DNA of 64,000 bases from a virus (IMGVR_UViG_3300047508_000198:1-64000), one strand, 5' to 3'; counted from the stretch's first letter, positions 16,308 to 27,092 are shown. Notes: a model not told the origin generated them from the sequence alone. Made by a program: numbers and translations.

Positions 16308-19300
16308 CTCCCGGGTCCAGTGCTCGCTGGCCATCAGCCAGGCATGCCAGGCCCGCTGGGCCTCGCCGTCCTCGGTCCACAGCTGCGTGAACGCAGCGCC
16401 GTACAAGCCCGACGGGCCCCCGGCGATCTTGCGCTCGATGTAGTAGTCCGATGCGGTCTGGGCCTCCGCCGCGGCGACCGCGTAAGCCGCCCAGAGGTCG
16501 TCCAGGTTAGGCCCGCTGGCCGCGCCTACCCGCATCGAGCCCGACGCGGACATCGCGATGGCGCCGAAATGCACCGGGCCCGTGGTGATCGAGACCGCGG
16601 TGAACGCCACCGTGCCGAGCAGCGCGGCCGGCCGGACGGTCGAACCCGCCCTCGCCACCGGGGGCGTGAAGCTCGCCGCGGTGAGCAGGGCCGCCGGGGT
16701 GACGCTAACGCTGGCGCCGCCCTGGACGGCCGGGGCCGGGAAGCTGGCGAAGGTGACCAGGGCGGCCGGGGTGATGCTGGCCCCGGCGGTGACCTGCACC
16801 GCCGGGAAGCTCGCCGCGGTGGCCAGCACCGACGGCGTGACCGCGGCATTGGACCCGGCCGTGACGGCCGGGGGCGCGAACGTGGCTGCGGTGGCCAGCA
16901 CTGCGGTCGTGAAGGACGAGCCGCAGTGCATGTTCATGGACGGGAAGATGGCCGCGGTGGCCAGCGCAGCCGGGGTCACCGACTGGCTGGCCACGATGGC
17001 CGGGGCGGCGAAGGTGGCCGCGGTCAGCAGGGCCGCGGGCGAGGGGGACTCGCCGGTATGCAGGCCAGGCGGGGCGAACGCCGCAGCCGTGGCCAGGACC
17101 GCGGGGGTGACGGCCTGGCTGGTGTGCAATGCCGGGGCCGCGAAGGCCGATGTCGCGGCCAGGACGGCCGGGGTCACCCGCGAGCCCGCGTTGGCCGTGA
17201 CGGCCGGGAATGAAGCCGAGGTAGCCAGGGCGGCCGGGGTAACTCCTGAGCCCGCACTGACCGTGACCGCGGCAAAGGAGGCCGAGGTGGCCAGCGTCGC
17301 GGGGATGGCGTTGGCGTTGCCGCCCGCGGTGACGCCAGGCGGCACGAACACGGCCGCGGTGGCCAGCACGGCCGGGGTGACGGTCGCATCGCACTGGAAC
17401 GACGGCGCCGCGAAGGCCGACGTCGTGGCCAGCACGCCAGGGGCAGCCGCGGACCCGGCAGCGATCGCGGGCGCACCGAAGCTGGCGGAGACGGCCAGCA
17501 CTGCCAGCCGGATCGAGTTGACGACCGGGGCGCCGAAGCCCGCCGAGACAGCCAGCAGCACAGGCCGGATCGAGTCTACGGCCGGAGCGGGGAAGGCGGC
17601 GGCCGTCGTCAGGGCCGCGGGGGTGACACCGGACCCGGCGCGGACGGTGACCGCGGGGAACGAGGCTGAGGCGGCCAGGACCGTCGTGGTCAGGCCCGAG
17701 CCCGCATTGACCGTGGCCGCCGCGAACGCCGCCGACGTCGCCAGGGCCGCGGGGACGACGCCTGAGCCGGCGCTGACAGCCGGGGCGGCAAAGCTGGCCG
17801 AGGCGGCCAGGACCGCCGGGGTGATCACCGAGTCCGTGCGGACGGCCGGAACGGCAAAGCTGGCCGAGGTCGCCAGCACAGCCGGGGTGACCGCGGCGTT
17901 CGCGCCCGACTGGATGGTAACGGCCGGGAACGAGGTGCTGGCCGCCAGCAGCGCGGGGGTGACAACCGACCCGGCGCTCAGCACCGGGGCGGCAAAGGCA
18001 GCCGAGGCAGCCAGGACCGCGGGGGTGACGACCGAGCCCGCCGCGATGGTGACGGCCGGGAAGCTGGCGGAGGTGGCGAGCGCCGCGGGCGTGACACCGG
18101 ATCCGGCGCCGACCGACGGGGCTGCGAAGCTGGCCGAGGTGGCCAGCAGCGCGGGCTGGATCGAGTTGACGGCCGGGGCGGCGAAGCTGGCCAGGGCAGC
18201 CAGCAGCGCGGGCCGGATCACGTCGATGGCGGGCGCGCTGAAGCTCGCCGACGTGGCCAGCAGCGCCGGGGTAACCCCCGACCCGGCATTGACTGCAGGT
18301 GCCGCGAACGCGGCGCTGACGGCCAGCAGAGCCGGGGTAACGCCCGAGCCCGCGCTGAGGGACGGGGCCGCGAAGCTGGCGCTGACCGCCAGGACGGGCG
18401 GGGTGACCCCCGACCCGGCGTTGACCGTGACCGCGGGGAAGCTGGCCGAGGTGGCTAGCACCGCCGGGGTGACGGTGGTGCTCGTACCGACGTTGACGGT
18501 GACGGCCGGGAAGGAGGCTGACGTAGCCAGGGCTGCCGGAGTGACTCCCGAGCCGGCATTGGCCTGCGGGGCCGGGAACGAGGACGTCGTGGCCAGGACT
18601 GCCGGGGTAACCCCCGAGCCCGCATTGACCTGCAGCCCCGGGAACGAGGCCGCCGGGCCGAGCACGGCCGGGGTGACCACCGACCCGGCCCTGACCGTGA
18701 CCGCGGGGAAGCTGGCGCTGACGGCCAGCACAGCCGGGGTAACTCCCGAGCCCGCGCTGACCGTGACCGCCGGGAAGGAGGCCGAGGTGGCCAGGACCGC
18801 GGGGGTGACCCGCGAGCCCGCATTGACCGTAACGGCCGGGAAGCTGGAGCTGACGGCCAGGACGGGCGGGATGACCCGGTTGCCGGAGATGAAGGTGGCG
18901 ACGACCGCGGCCCAGGCCTGGCTGGACTTGAGGTTGGCGATGAAGTCCGGGATGGCGGTGGCGGTGGCCAGCGAGTACGAGCCGCCCTCCATCAGGACGC
19001 TCAGGTGCAGGCCGACCTGGCCGCCGTTCGGGTTCGGGCCGGAGGTGGAGTTGTTCCCGGCGCCGCCGCCCATGCAGGCGAGCCAGAACTCATACGCCTG
19101 GGTGGTGATCGCGGTGGTGACCTCGGCCGTGACGCCGGTCCCGGTGGCGCCGTTCTTCTGGTCCGTGCACAGGACGGGATCGGGGTAGATCCCGGCGACC
19201 TCCAGCGCGATCATGCCGGTGCTGTTGCCGAGGGCGTTGTTCGTCGCGGCGTAGGCCACGGTGGTCTGCCCGCCCGCGGTACCCAGGTCGGCCCAGATCC

Positions 19301-20390
19301 CCGCGTAGTAGGCGTTGGCCCCGCCGGCCTGGGAAGCCTCCCGGACGGCGAAGAAGTTGTCGGCCGCGCCGTCCAGGGTCATGCCGGAGACGGCCGGCAG
19401 CGCGGTCGCGTTGTTGGCCAGCGAGAGGATGGCCAGGACCGAGTTGCCCGGCGTGACCGGATTGGCGAACGTTGCGCTGGTGGCGTTGAATCCCTGGGCG
19501 GTCTGGATGACCCGGAACGGGTAAGTCGGGATCTGGATCTGGCGGGCGGAGACGGTGTACAAGGTGGCCTGGGTGGTGCCGCCGGCCCCGGAGCCGCCCG
19601 AGATCGTCTCGGCGCCGGGCGTGGCCCCGGCGTTCTGCCCGGGGAGGTACTGCATGTTGGAGCCGTAGACGAACTGGCCGCTCGTGCCGACGTTGGACAC
19701 GACTGATGCCGCGGGCATGGTGAAGCCGGCCGAGGCGGTCTGGGTGAACGCCGTGTTGCCGGTCGCCGAGGCCACCGACCCGGTAAGGACCAGGGCGCAA
19801 TCGGTGAACGGCGAGGTGATCGTGTAGGCGTTCGGGGTATGCGTGGTGGCGGCCGTGGTGTCGGTCTTGATCGACCCCCAGCGGTCGGGGAAGATCATGT
19901 ATCCCGTATCCGGGGCCAGCGCCACGATCGAGTAGGTATTGCGGTTGCTGGCCCAGGTCCAGGTCGGCGCGGTCTCGGTGCCCTCCCAGATCCGGTACCA
20001 GACCGAGGTGGTCAGGCCGGTCGCGCCACCGTTGTTGCGGTTGGGGTCGAGCACGGTCCAGCGGGTGCCAGCCGTCTGGCTGATGGAGTCGCTGGCGGTG
20101 TTGCTGGTCATGATGATGATCAGCAGGTCACCGGCCTGCGGGGCGGTGCCGGCCGGGCCCGCGCCGGCGTTCGTCCAGCCGGTCAGGGCCGGGGAGATGG
20201 CCGTCGTAGCGGTCGTGCCGGACAGGACGCAGCGGGGCTGGATGCCGATCTGCGGCAGCACGCCGACCTGCTGCGATGGCCCTTCGGGCTGCTGGACGTC
20301 GGCGGACGGCGGGTACTGCACCGTGGCCGGGTAGAGCTGCTGCCCCCAGGGGAGCCCGCTGGGCGGGTACTGCACCGGGTACTCGGGCAT
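16266..20390 (-). CDS. Fibre-like virion protein with long 22-aa tandem repeats (1374 aa)
   Basis: Beta-rich N-terminal domains, then about 35 copies of VTPAVLATSASFPAVTVNAGSG. Confidence 0.75.
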   Translation of the reverse strand: MPEYPVQYPPSGLPWGQQLYPATVQYPPSADVQQPEGPSQQVGVLPQIGIQPRCVLSGTTATTAISPALTGWTNAGAGPAGTAPQAGDLLIIIMTSNTASDSISQTAGTRWTVLDPNRNNGGATGLTTSVWYRIWEGTETAPTWTWASNRNTYSIVALAPDTGYMIFPDRWGSIKTDTTAATTHTPNAYTITSPFTDCALVLTGSVASATGNTAFTQTASAGFTMPAASVVSNVGTSGQFVYGSNMQYLPGQNAGATPGAETISGGSGAGGTTQATLYTVSARQIQIPTYPFRVIQTAQGFNATSATFANPVTPGNSVLAILSLANNATALPAVSGMTLDGAADNFFAVREASQAGGANAYYAGIWADLGTAGGQTTVAYAATNNALGNSTGMIALEVAGIYPDPVLCTDQKNGATGTGVTAEVTTAITTQAYEFWLACMGGGAGNNSTSGPNPNGGQVGLHLSVLMEGGSYSLATATAIPDFIANLKSSQAWAAVVATFISGNRVIPPVLAVSSSFPAVTVNAGSRVTPAVLATSASFPAVTVSAGSGVTPAVLAVSASFPAVTVRAGSVVTPAVLGPAASFPGLQVNAGSGVTPAVLATTSSFPAPQANAGSGVTPAALATSASFPAVTVNVGTSTTVTPAVLATSASFPAVTVNAGSGVTPPVLAVSASFAAPSLSAGSGVTPALLAVSAAFAAPAVNAGSGVTPALLATSASFSAPAIDVIRPALLAALASFAAPAVNSIQPALLATSASFAAPSVGAGSGVTPAALATSASFPAVTIAAGSVVTPAVLAASAAFAAPVLSAGSVVTPALLAASTSFPAVTIQSGANAAVTPAVLATSASFAVPAVRTDSVITPAVLAASASFAAPAVSAGSGVVPAALATSAAFAAATVNAGSGLTTTVLAASASFPAVTVRAGSGVTPAALTTAAAFPAPAVDSIRPVLLAVSAGFGAPVVNSIRLAVLAVSASFGAPAIAAGSAAAPGVLATTSAFAAPSFQCDATVTPAVLATAAVFVPPGVTAGGNANAIPATLATSASFAAVTVSAGSGVTPAALATSASFPAVTANAGSRVTPAVLAATSAFAAPALHTSQAVTPAVLATAAAFAPPGLHTGESPSPAALLTAATFAAPAIVASQSVTPAALATAAIFPSMNMHCGSSFTTAVLATAATFAPPAVTAGSNAAVTPSVLATAASFPAVQVTAGASITPAALVTFASFPAPAVQGGASVSVTPAALLTAASFTPPVARAGSTVRPAALLGTVAFTAVSITTGPVHFGAIAMSASGSMRVGAASGPNLDDLWAAYAVAAAEAQTASDYYIERKIAGGPSGLYGAAFTQLWTEDGEAQRAWHAWLMASEHWTRELSQFAQYGGEQPA
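16600..18875 (-). repeat. 66-bp coding tandem repeat
   Basis: Degenerate 66-nt units encoding the 22-aa repeat. Confidence 0.85.
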
Positions 20391-20402
20391 GCCCGCCCCC
20401 GG

Positions 20403-20837
20403 TTACTCGTCGTAAACGAAATAGCCGGCGAACACCGAGGTTGCCGCGCCGATGTTATGCACGACCAGCTCAGCGGGGCCGGTCGGGATGACCAGGCCCT
20501 GCGGGAATGTCCAGACGATCCCGGCGCCGAGGGTGGCGGGGATGCCGAACCGGCGCAGGAACAGCGTGGGCGCGGTTGGCTTGGTGGACGCGGCGACCTG
20601 CCCGGTGCAGGTAGCAGCACTGGCGCTGGTGTCCTCGGCCTGCGGCACGACGGTGGTCGGGGTCAGGCTGATGGCGGCGGGCCGGCCCAGGCCGACCGAC
20701 GTCGCGGTGGCGGTGCCCGACTCCTGGTAGACGGCGATCTCCCAGACCCGCATGTCCTTGGCCGTCGTGGACCGCAGCCAGGCCAGCGCGGAGGCCGAAA
20801 CGCCGGTCGTAGTCCAGGCGTAGGAATAGCGGGCCAT
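20403..20837 (-). CDS. Putative structural protein (144 aa)
   Basis: T/A/G-rich beta sequence in the fibre operon. Confidence 0.6.
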   Translation of the reverse strand: MARYSYAWTTTGVSASALAWLRSTTAKDMRVWEIAVYQESGTATATSVGLGRPAAISLTPTTVVPQAEDTSASAATCTGQVAASTKPTAPTLFLRRFGIPATLGAGIVWTFPQGLVIPTGPAELVVHNIGAATSVFAGYFVYDE

Positions 20838-20846
20838 AGGTGCCCC

Positions 20847-21365
20847 CTACTGCGTCAGCGTGATCTGGCTGAGCCCGGAGCCCGACGGGGTGACGCCGAA
20901 GACGCCTGCCACGGTGGAGTAGGCCGCGCCGAAGGCAATCGCCAGGACCATCGGCTTGACGATCGGCGCGGACAGCGGGTCGGCGTAGATGATCATGCCG
21001 CCGGCGTTGGTCAGCGTCGTGCCCGCCACCGAGAGCGGGTTCGTCCAGCTGTACTGGATGCCGTACGGCGAGGAGCCGAACAGCGTAACCGTGGGCGTGA
21101 CCGACGTCGAGCCGGTGGCCGCGGCTGACAGCAGCACGCCGGTCGTCACCCAGCCGGTGCCGGTGTTCTCGAACGTGTTAACCCAGGCCTGGGTCACGGT
21201 CTGGAACTGCACCGGGGATGCGCCGTCGGTGACGGACGCGTAGGTGAGCAGCGAGACCTTCCACGTGGCCAGCGAGTAGTTCAGGCCGCCGGTACCGGTC
21301 TGCGCGGTGGCCAGCAGCGCAGCCAGCATCGTGTTGGTGTACCAGCCGCTTTTGGTCATCGCCAT
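20847..21365 (-). CDS. Putative structural/fibre-associated protein
   Basis: T/G/S-rich; WKVSLL, GTGWVTTGVLL motifs typical of phage structural proteins. Confidence 0.6.
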   Translation of the reverse strand: MAMTKSGWYTNTMLAALLATAQTGTGGLNYSLATWKVSLLTYASVTDGASPVQFQTVTQAWVNTFENTGTGWVTTGVLLSAAATGSTSVTPTVTLFGSSPYGIQYSWTNPLSVAGTTLTNAGGMIIYADPLSAPIVKPMVLAIAFGAAYSTVAGVFGVTPSGSGLSQITLTQ

Positions 21366-21366
21366 G

Positions 21367-21618
21367 TCAGAGTCCAACCTCTAGATGCGTGACGTGCGTC
21401 TCCGGGTGGATGTTGACGTCCTGGCGGTTCTCCGACTCGGTGATGACCGTGCCCAGCTCGTCGGTGGTCTCCTTGGCCTTGCGGCCGGCGTCGATCATGC
21501 CGGGGTCGTCGACCGGGCGCCTGACCGTGCGCACCTTGTCCTTGGTCTGGCCCTTCGACAGGAAGCCGACCGAGGCCATGCGCCTGCGGAACTCCTCCGG
21601 CGTCTCCAGCTCCGGCAT
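21367..21618 (-). CDS. Hypothetical protein (83 aa)
   Basis: GGAGG RBS; preceded by the CCCCGGAAGAGG motif. Confidence 0.6.
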   Translation of the reverse strand: MPELETPEEFRRRMASVGFLSKGQTKDKVRTVRRPVDDPGMIDAGRKAKETTDELGTVITESENRQDVNIHPETHVTHLEVGL

Positions 21619-21930
21619 CGGCCCTCCTAGGTGCTCGCGTCACCTCTTCCGGGGCCAAGCCAGGCCGCCCACCGGGCGCGCAGGTCCTCCGCGATGGCCG
21701 GGGAGGCGGCCGAGGTCCGGGTGTCGGCCCAGGCGGTGCCGGAGCTGAACAGCACGACGTGCCCCAGCCCGGTGACGGCCTGGACATCGGAGATCGAGAC
21801 CTCGCGGTCAGCCGGGAAATCCAGCCGGACACCGCGGCCCTCGAACGGGTCGGCGGCGGCGATCTCCTCCGGCGTCAGGGCCCGGCCGGACAGGCCCCAG
21901 GCGGCAGCCGGGATCGCGGAGACGGGGACC

Positions 21931-24900
21931 TCAGGCATACAGCACGTCGTCCTCGTGGTCATCCAGGCGGGGATCGTCGGTGTAGTGCGTGCCCTTCAGG
22001 TCGAGCAGGTCCAGGTTCCGGGCCCGGGTGCCGCGACCCTCGCGGATCAGCTCGTCGGCTTCCTCTTGCGGCAGCACGTCAGCGGTCTTGGCCAGGAAGT
22101 CACGAGCTGCCGCGGCGATGTCGCTGTTGCCGAGCTGGACGGCGCCGTCGCCCGCGTACTGCCGGGCCGCGGCCGAGTGCTGGAACTGCTGCACGATATC
22201 GGCGTTGGGCCCCTCTACCGGGTTCTCCTGGCCGGCGTTGGCGAAGGTCGTGTCGCCAAGGTCGTCCCCGGCGCCGCTCCACTGCTGCTGGCCCATGGTC
22301 TGGATGGAGGGGTCGTCCGGGCTGTAGGGATCGTCCATGCTGCCGGGCCCGGGATTCTGGGTCACCTGGCTGGGATGCTGGGCCCGGCCGGTATCGGTAG
22401 TACTACTGGTGTCGGTGTAGTCCGGTAGAGTCCGCGCCAGGTTGTAGGCCTTCGCGTCCTCATAGGTCGCCTGGTGCGGCTTACCCCACGCGGTCAGGCC
22501 ATCTTCTTCCAGCGCACCCTCGGGCTCGTCCTTCAGCTCGGCCAGGGCGCCGTCCAGCTGGGGCTCGGCGATCAGGGCCTGCTTGTGGACCGGATCACCA
22601 TGGTCCAGGCCGCACTCGTCGCAGCCGCGGTGGCCGTTGTCCTGGAAGGCATGCGCCGCAGCCTCAGCCGAGCGGCTCATCGAGGCGGTGAACGCGAGCC
22701 GGGCCGCGGCCAGGGCCTCCTCCATCCGGAGCCCCTGCGGATCGCGCGGCGTGATCGCTGTTGATGATCCTGCCGTGGCCGCGCGATCCGCGTAGCCGAA
22801 TGACTCCTGCCCTTCGGGGACGGTGGCCGGCCCGGTGCTGGTATTCATCGACGCGATATCCATGACCGGGCCAGCCGCTTGCCGCGCCGTGCCGTTCCTG
22901 CCAGAGGTGCTCGCGACGGGAGCAACCGGGGCCAGCACCCCTGTATCAATAATGCTAGCAGACCTCGGGTCCTCGTACGCAAACGTCTGGCCCTCCTCGG
23001 CCCAGTCGTCGACCGAGGGGTGGTCCGGGATCAGCGGATCGCTGTGCTTCACCGCATCGGACGTCAGCGGCATCTGGATCGCGGAGTTGTCCTGGATCTC
23101 GCCCCAGTTGTCCGGGTCCGGGCCCGCCAGCGGGCCGTAGGAGCCCGGGTCCCGGTCCTTCTCCGGCGGGCTGGTCGCGCCGTAGGGCTTGGGCGGCGGG
23201 TCGTCGATGACGTTCTGGGAGCCCCACGGGGCGTTCGCCTGGTCGGCGGTCAGGACCATGCCCGCGCACGACATCAGGACGGCGATCGCCGCCGGGTCCT
23301 CTCCCGCATCGAAAAGAACCCGGGCGGCAACCACAGCCGGCGGCCCGTACTGCGCCGCACCTACTGAACTCAGGATAGGACGCCGGGTCATCGGGGCCTC
23401 GTACTGCGTGGCCCACTGCTTGTCAGACGGGTGCCAGGGCGGCCAGGACTTGGTGACGACCTCCTCGGGCCAGCCGGCCACCTCGGGGAACATCGTCTTG
23501 CGCACCGCGCCGCGCTGGCGGGCCTCCAGGCTCAGCGCATAGGCGTGCGAGCACATCCGCCCGGCGAACCGGGACGGGTAGTCAGGGTCCTGGTGGAAGC
23601 TCGCCCACGGGCAGCCGCAGCTGTAGGCCATCACCGAGAACCCGCGGCCCGGGTAGTACTGGAGCCCGGTCTCGTATGTGGCGTGATCGCCTTTGACCTC
23701 GCCGACCGTCAGGCTACCGGCCAGCGCAGTGATCCGTACGCCGTTCTCGCGGACGATCCGCTCGGCCTTGGCCACGACGTCGCGCCAGGCGGCGGTGAAC
23801 TCGAACCGGAACGGAGCGCTGCCCGCGGCCTTCTCGAAGGCGTCCAGGGCGTCCTTATCCGGCCCGGCGTCCTTGCCGGGCTTGGCGGGCTTGACCGTAG
23901 TCACCGGCTGGATCGGGGCGAGGTTCTTGGTCCGCGGGCCGGGCGTGCCGCTCTGCGACAGCGGCGGCAGGCCGGTGACGACGGGCGGGTTCATGCCGGG
24001 CTCGGCGCCGGGATCCCCGGCCGAGGAATGGCCCGGCTCGAACGGGGCAGGATCCTCCTCGGCTGCCCCCGAGGGCTCCTGGCCAGGGTCCTCCAGGGGC
24101 GGCACCAGCTCGTCCTCGGTGCCCTCGATCGGCGGTTCCGGCTCCTCGCCTTCCTCGTGCTGGCTGGAGTGCATCGTGTCCCAGGGGCCCTCGACGTCAT
24201 CGACGTGCGCGGTCCAGGCGTGCAGGCCCTCGCGGCTGTCATCGTCCTCGGCCAGCTGCTCCTCGGCCAGCGCCCGGTGATGGCCGTCGGCGATCATCTT
24301 GGTGTCCTTGCCGGGCCGGTCGACCAGGATGGCAGCCTTGGGGTCCTTGCCCTTCTTCTCCTTCTTCAGGATCTTCTTGCGGGCCTTCTTGACCTTCTTC
24401 GGGTCGCTGCTGGCCGCCCAGCTGTCCCGGTTGGTGAAGTCGATCTGGTCGAGCGGAACGCGCCCGGGGCCCTCCCACTTCGCGTCGTGCACCCAGGACG
24501 TGGCCTCCGGCGGGAACTTCTTGCTCAGCAGCTTGTAGACCTCATCGGCTACCGGGTCGTGCACATCATGCAGGGCCAGCCTCGCCGTCATCTCGGTGAA
24601 GGCGCGCGGCCCGACCGCCTCGGCGAACTCGGTCTCCGGGTCGGGCTCCGGCACGTACTCCGGGAGCTTGTTGGTAAACGACTGGCTGTTCACGAAGTCG
24701 CCCTCGGTCGCGGTCGGGGCCGCCTGCCAGCTGTGCAGGTGCTCGCGCTGCTCGGGCGTCCAGGGCACCCGGGCATGTTTCACGGGAATCATTCCGGCCG
24801 TGTGCCGAATCGGCTTGCCGAAGTCGTGGTGCTCGAAGGGCTCGTTCGGGTACTCCGGCTCGTGCGGCTTCCAGCTGATCCCCTGCAGCCGCAGCGGTGA

Positions 24901-26787
24901 ACCCGGCTTTACCGGCCACTCGTCCTCGTCCTTGGAGTGGGCCCAGCCGATCCCGCGCCGGTCCAGCTCGTCACGATTGCGCAGGCGGTTGCGGTCACCA
25001 GGCCGCTTGACATGGAACATGACGTCGGTGTGGGTGGGCCGGTCCTCGTGCTCCTCGCCCTCGTCCTCCTCGCCGTAGCCGTGGTCCTCCATGTAGTCGT
25101 CGATGTTGTACTCGGGGTCCTCGTCGTCCTCGTGGCCGCCCTGATCGGCCGCGTTCCAGATCGCGCGGTGGGCGATCTGGGTGTGCGGGGTCCAGTGCAT
25201 GCCCAGGCCGCCCTGGCTGAAGTGATCCGACAGCGCCTCGGCCCGGTGCTCGCGCGGCACGCTCTCGTCGTGCACGTAGTCATGCAAGTCGGCCGGCAGC
25301 CGGACGTGGATGCCGCGGTGCAGGGTGTCCGGCCGGTAGGCCTGGTTGTACTCATGCCAGCGGTCGGACTTGTCATCGCGCAGGCTGGACAGGATCGCCC
25401 GCGGGTTATCGGACTGGTGCCGCGGCTGGAAGTCTTCCCAGTGCGGGTGCAGCGGGTGATCTTCGGGGATCTCCCCGCCCCGCCATAGGCCCGTCGGAGT
25501 CGGCCGGGGATTCTCGGCCGCGCCGCCCTGCTCCGGCCGGAAAGCCGGGAGCTTCTTGTGGACCGGGATCATCGGCTGGAAGCGGTCTTCGAGCGGCCAG
25601 TCATGATCGTGGTTCTGGCCGCCCTGCTCGTGCAGCGCCCGGTGGTCGTCCCAGATATTCCCGCCGGCCTCCTGGCTGCGCCTGAAGTTGTACTTGTGCC
25701 GGCTCATCATGTGGAAGACCATGTGCTTCTGGCCCTCCGGCGTGTTCCACGGGAACAGGCCCGCGGCCGTCGCCTCCAGCCCCTCCGGTGGCCCTTCCTC
25801 CTCCTCGCCCGGCTCCGGCCCGACCATCTCGACCGGGCCCGGCTCGGGCTGGCCCAGCTCGTCATCGACGAAGGCCTGCTGGGCCGGGGCGCCCCAGTAG
25901 ACACCGCCCACCGGGGGCTCGCCGTTGTAGTCCTGCTCGCGCGGGTCGACGCCATCGGCGTAGCTGGCGGCCTGGTGCCGCTGGGTGAACGGCAGCGGCT
26001 CGCCGCGGTACGGGACCTCGCGGACCACCCTGAAGGGAGACTGAGACATCCGGGTGGCGTGCTCGTTCATCTCGTCGTCGGACTCGAAGTCCTCGGGGAA
26101 TGCCTCATCGCCCCAGGTGATGTTGCCGGTCGGCTTGACCTCGTAGACGTGATGGGCGCCGCCGTGCTCGTGCACCGCGTTGTCGGCGTGCTGCCAGGCC
26201 TGCTCGGTATGCGGGGTAGCGTGCACGCGGGTGGCGGCCTCCTCCTCCATCCCGTCGTAGGCGCCCGGGTAGTGGGTCGGGTGGCCGGGCTCGATGTAGT
26301 CGCCTGTCCCGAACGCGTGGTTGGTGCCGTGGTACAGGCGCGGCCTCGGGCCCGGGTGGTACGCCGGGTTGTGCTCGGTGCTGTACGTGTCCTCATACGG
26401 CTCGACCAGCTGGCCGATCACCGTGATCTGGCGGCCGGGGTCCGGGCGGTCGCGCAGGATGTCGCCCATCTCGGGGTAGTCCAGGCTGGCCTCGTGCTCG
26501 TCGAGGTCGGCGGTGTGCACGCCCGCGGGCAGGTAGGCCGGGGCCTGGTGGCCGCCGCCGTAGTCCTCGCCGACCGGGCGCAGCTGGCTGCCCAGGAAGG
26601 TGCCGCCGCCCTGGCCGTCATCGAGCACGACCTGGTAGGCGTTGTTGCCCGGGGCGAAGGACTCGGTGATCACCAGGATCCGGCCGATGAAGCCGTCCAG
26701 GGTGCGGACCCGCTGGCCGACGTGGAACCCCTGATCGAGGGCGGCCTCGGACAGGCGGGACGAGTGCCGGGTGATCCTGCGCTCCAC
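21931..26787 (-). CDS. Giant modular head-associated protein (Arr-like, ART-like, ParB-like, SWIM zinc finger)
   Basis: GTG start after GGAGG; LYHGT...VYEVKPTG (Arr-like); LHRG...GMHWT...EDE; ADGHHRALA (ParB-like); CGCPWA...MCSH (SWIM). Confidence 0.75.
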   Translation of the reverse strand: MERRITRHSSRLSEAALDQGFHVGQRVRTLDGFIGRILVITESFAPGNNAYQVVLDDGQGGGTFLGSQLRPVGEDYGGGHQAPAYLPAGVHTADLDEHEASLDYPEMGDILRDRPDPGRQITVIGQLVEPYEDTYSTEHNPAYHPGPRPRLYHGTNHAFGTGDYIEPGHPTHYPGAYDGMEEEAATRVHATPHTEQAWQHADNAVHEHGGAHHVYEVKPTGNITWGDEAFPEDFESDDEMNEHATRMSQSPFRVVREVPYRGEPLPFTQRHQAASYADGVDPREQDYNGEPPVGGVYWGAPAQQAFVDDELGQPEPGPVEMVGPEPGEEEEGPPEGLEATAAGLFPWNTPEGQKHMVFHMMSRHKYNFRRSQEAGGNIWDDHRALHEQGGQNHDHDWPLEDRFQPMIPVHKKLPAFRPEQGGAAENPRPTPTGLWRGGEIPEDHPLHPHWEDFQPRHQSDNPRAILSSLRDDKSDRWHEYNQAYRPDTLHRGIHVRLPADLHDYVHDESVPREHRAEALSDHFSQGGLGMHWTPHTQIAHRAIWNAADQGGHEDDEDPEYNIDDYMEDHGYGEEDEGEEHEDRPTHTDVMFHVKRPGDRNRLRNRDELDRRGIGWAHSKDEDEWPVKPGSPLRLQGISWKPHEPEYPNEPFEHHDFGKPIRHTAGMIPVKHARVPWTPEQREHLHSWQAAPTATEGDFVNSQSFTNKLPEYVPEPDPETEFAEAVGPRAFTEMTARLALHDVHDPVADEVYKLLSKKFPPEATSWVHDAKWEGPGRVPLDQIDFTNRDSWAASSDPKKVKKARKKILKKEKKGKDPKAAILVDRPGKDTKMIADGHHRALAEEQLAEDDDSREGLHAWTAHVDDVEGPWDTMHSSQHEEGEEPEPPIEGTEDELVPPLEDPGQEPSGAAEEDPAPFEPGHSSAGDPGAEPGMNPPVVTGLPPLSQSGTPGPRTKNLAPIQPVTTVKPAKPGKDAGPDKDALDAFEKAAGSAPFRFEFTAAWRDVVAKAERIVRENGVRITALAGSLTVGEVKGDHATYETGLQYYPGRGFSVMAYSCGCPWASFHQDPDYPSRFAGRMCSHAYALSLEARQRGAVRKTMFPEVAGWPEEVVTKSWPPWHPSDKQWATQYEAPMTRRPILSSVGAAQYGPPAVVAARVLFDAGEDPAAIAVLMSCAGMVLTADQANAPWGSQNVIDDPPPKPYGATSPPEKDRDPGSYGPLAGPDPDNWGEIQDNSAIQMPLTSDAVKHSDPLIPDHPSVDDWAEEGQTFAYEDPRSASIIDTGVLAPVAPVASTSGRNGTARQAAGPVMDIASMNTSTGPATVPEGQESFGYADRAATAGSSTAITPRDPQGLRMEEALAAARLAFTASMSRSAEAAAHAFQDNGHRGCDECGLDHGDPVHKQALIAEPQLDGALAELKDEPEGALEEDGLTAWGKPHQATYEDAKAYNLARTLPDYTDTSSTTDTGRAQHPSQVTQNPGPGSMDDPYSPDDPSIQTMGQQQWSGAGDDLGDTTFANAGQENPVEGPNADIVQQFQHSAAARQYAGDGAVQLGNSDIAAAARDFLAKTADVLPQEEADELIREGRGTRARNLDLLDLKGTHYTDDPRLDDHEDDVLYA

Positions 26788-26960
26788 GGGACCTCCTCTC
26801 CCTTCTTCCCGGGAGGACCAGGCAAACTCTAGATTTTTAGAGCACATCCGGGCTACGGTGAATCTTGCAGCGAGTCGTGCCGTGCATTATGACAGTGCGT
26901 AGCGGCAGGCCCGGTGTGGTTACCGTCCGTGACAGAGCGTATCAGATAGGGGAACATCTG

Positions 26961-27092
26961 ATGTTCGGTGAGGAGGGCTGGGCCAACGGCAACAGCTTCA
27001 GCCTCGAAAAGCGGCCTCACGCCAAGGTCGTCCCGTGCTGGAGGTTCGGTATCTCGGTCGAGGCCATGATGGCCGGAGCAGTGAGGGTCTGA
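26961..27092 (+). CDS. Mini-ORF 1 (43 aa)
   Basis: AGGGG RBS; shares segments with mini-ORFs 2 and 3; TGATG coupling. Confidence 0.55.
   Translation: MFGEEGWANGNSFSLEKRPHAKVVPCWRFGISVEAMMAGAVRV

Noticed and set aside
16558-19188. 876-aa plus-strand ORF, and other long antisense ORFs such as 4940-7222, 9746-12439, 29068-31227, 47371-51744 and 57791-60736
   Set aside because: Shadow frames of GC-rich minus-strand genes that carry the recognisable motifs
26788-26847. ORF-track start at 26847 for the 1638-aa protein (similarly 31961, 16068, 14906, 1336)
   Set aside because: These extensions run through promoter or RBS sequence; downstream starts with an RBS or leaderless geometry fit better
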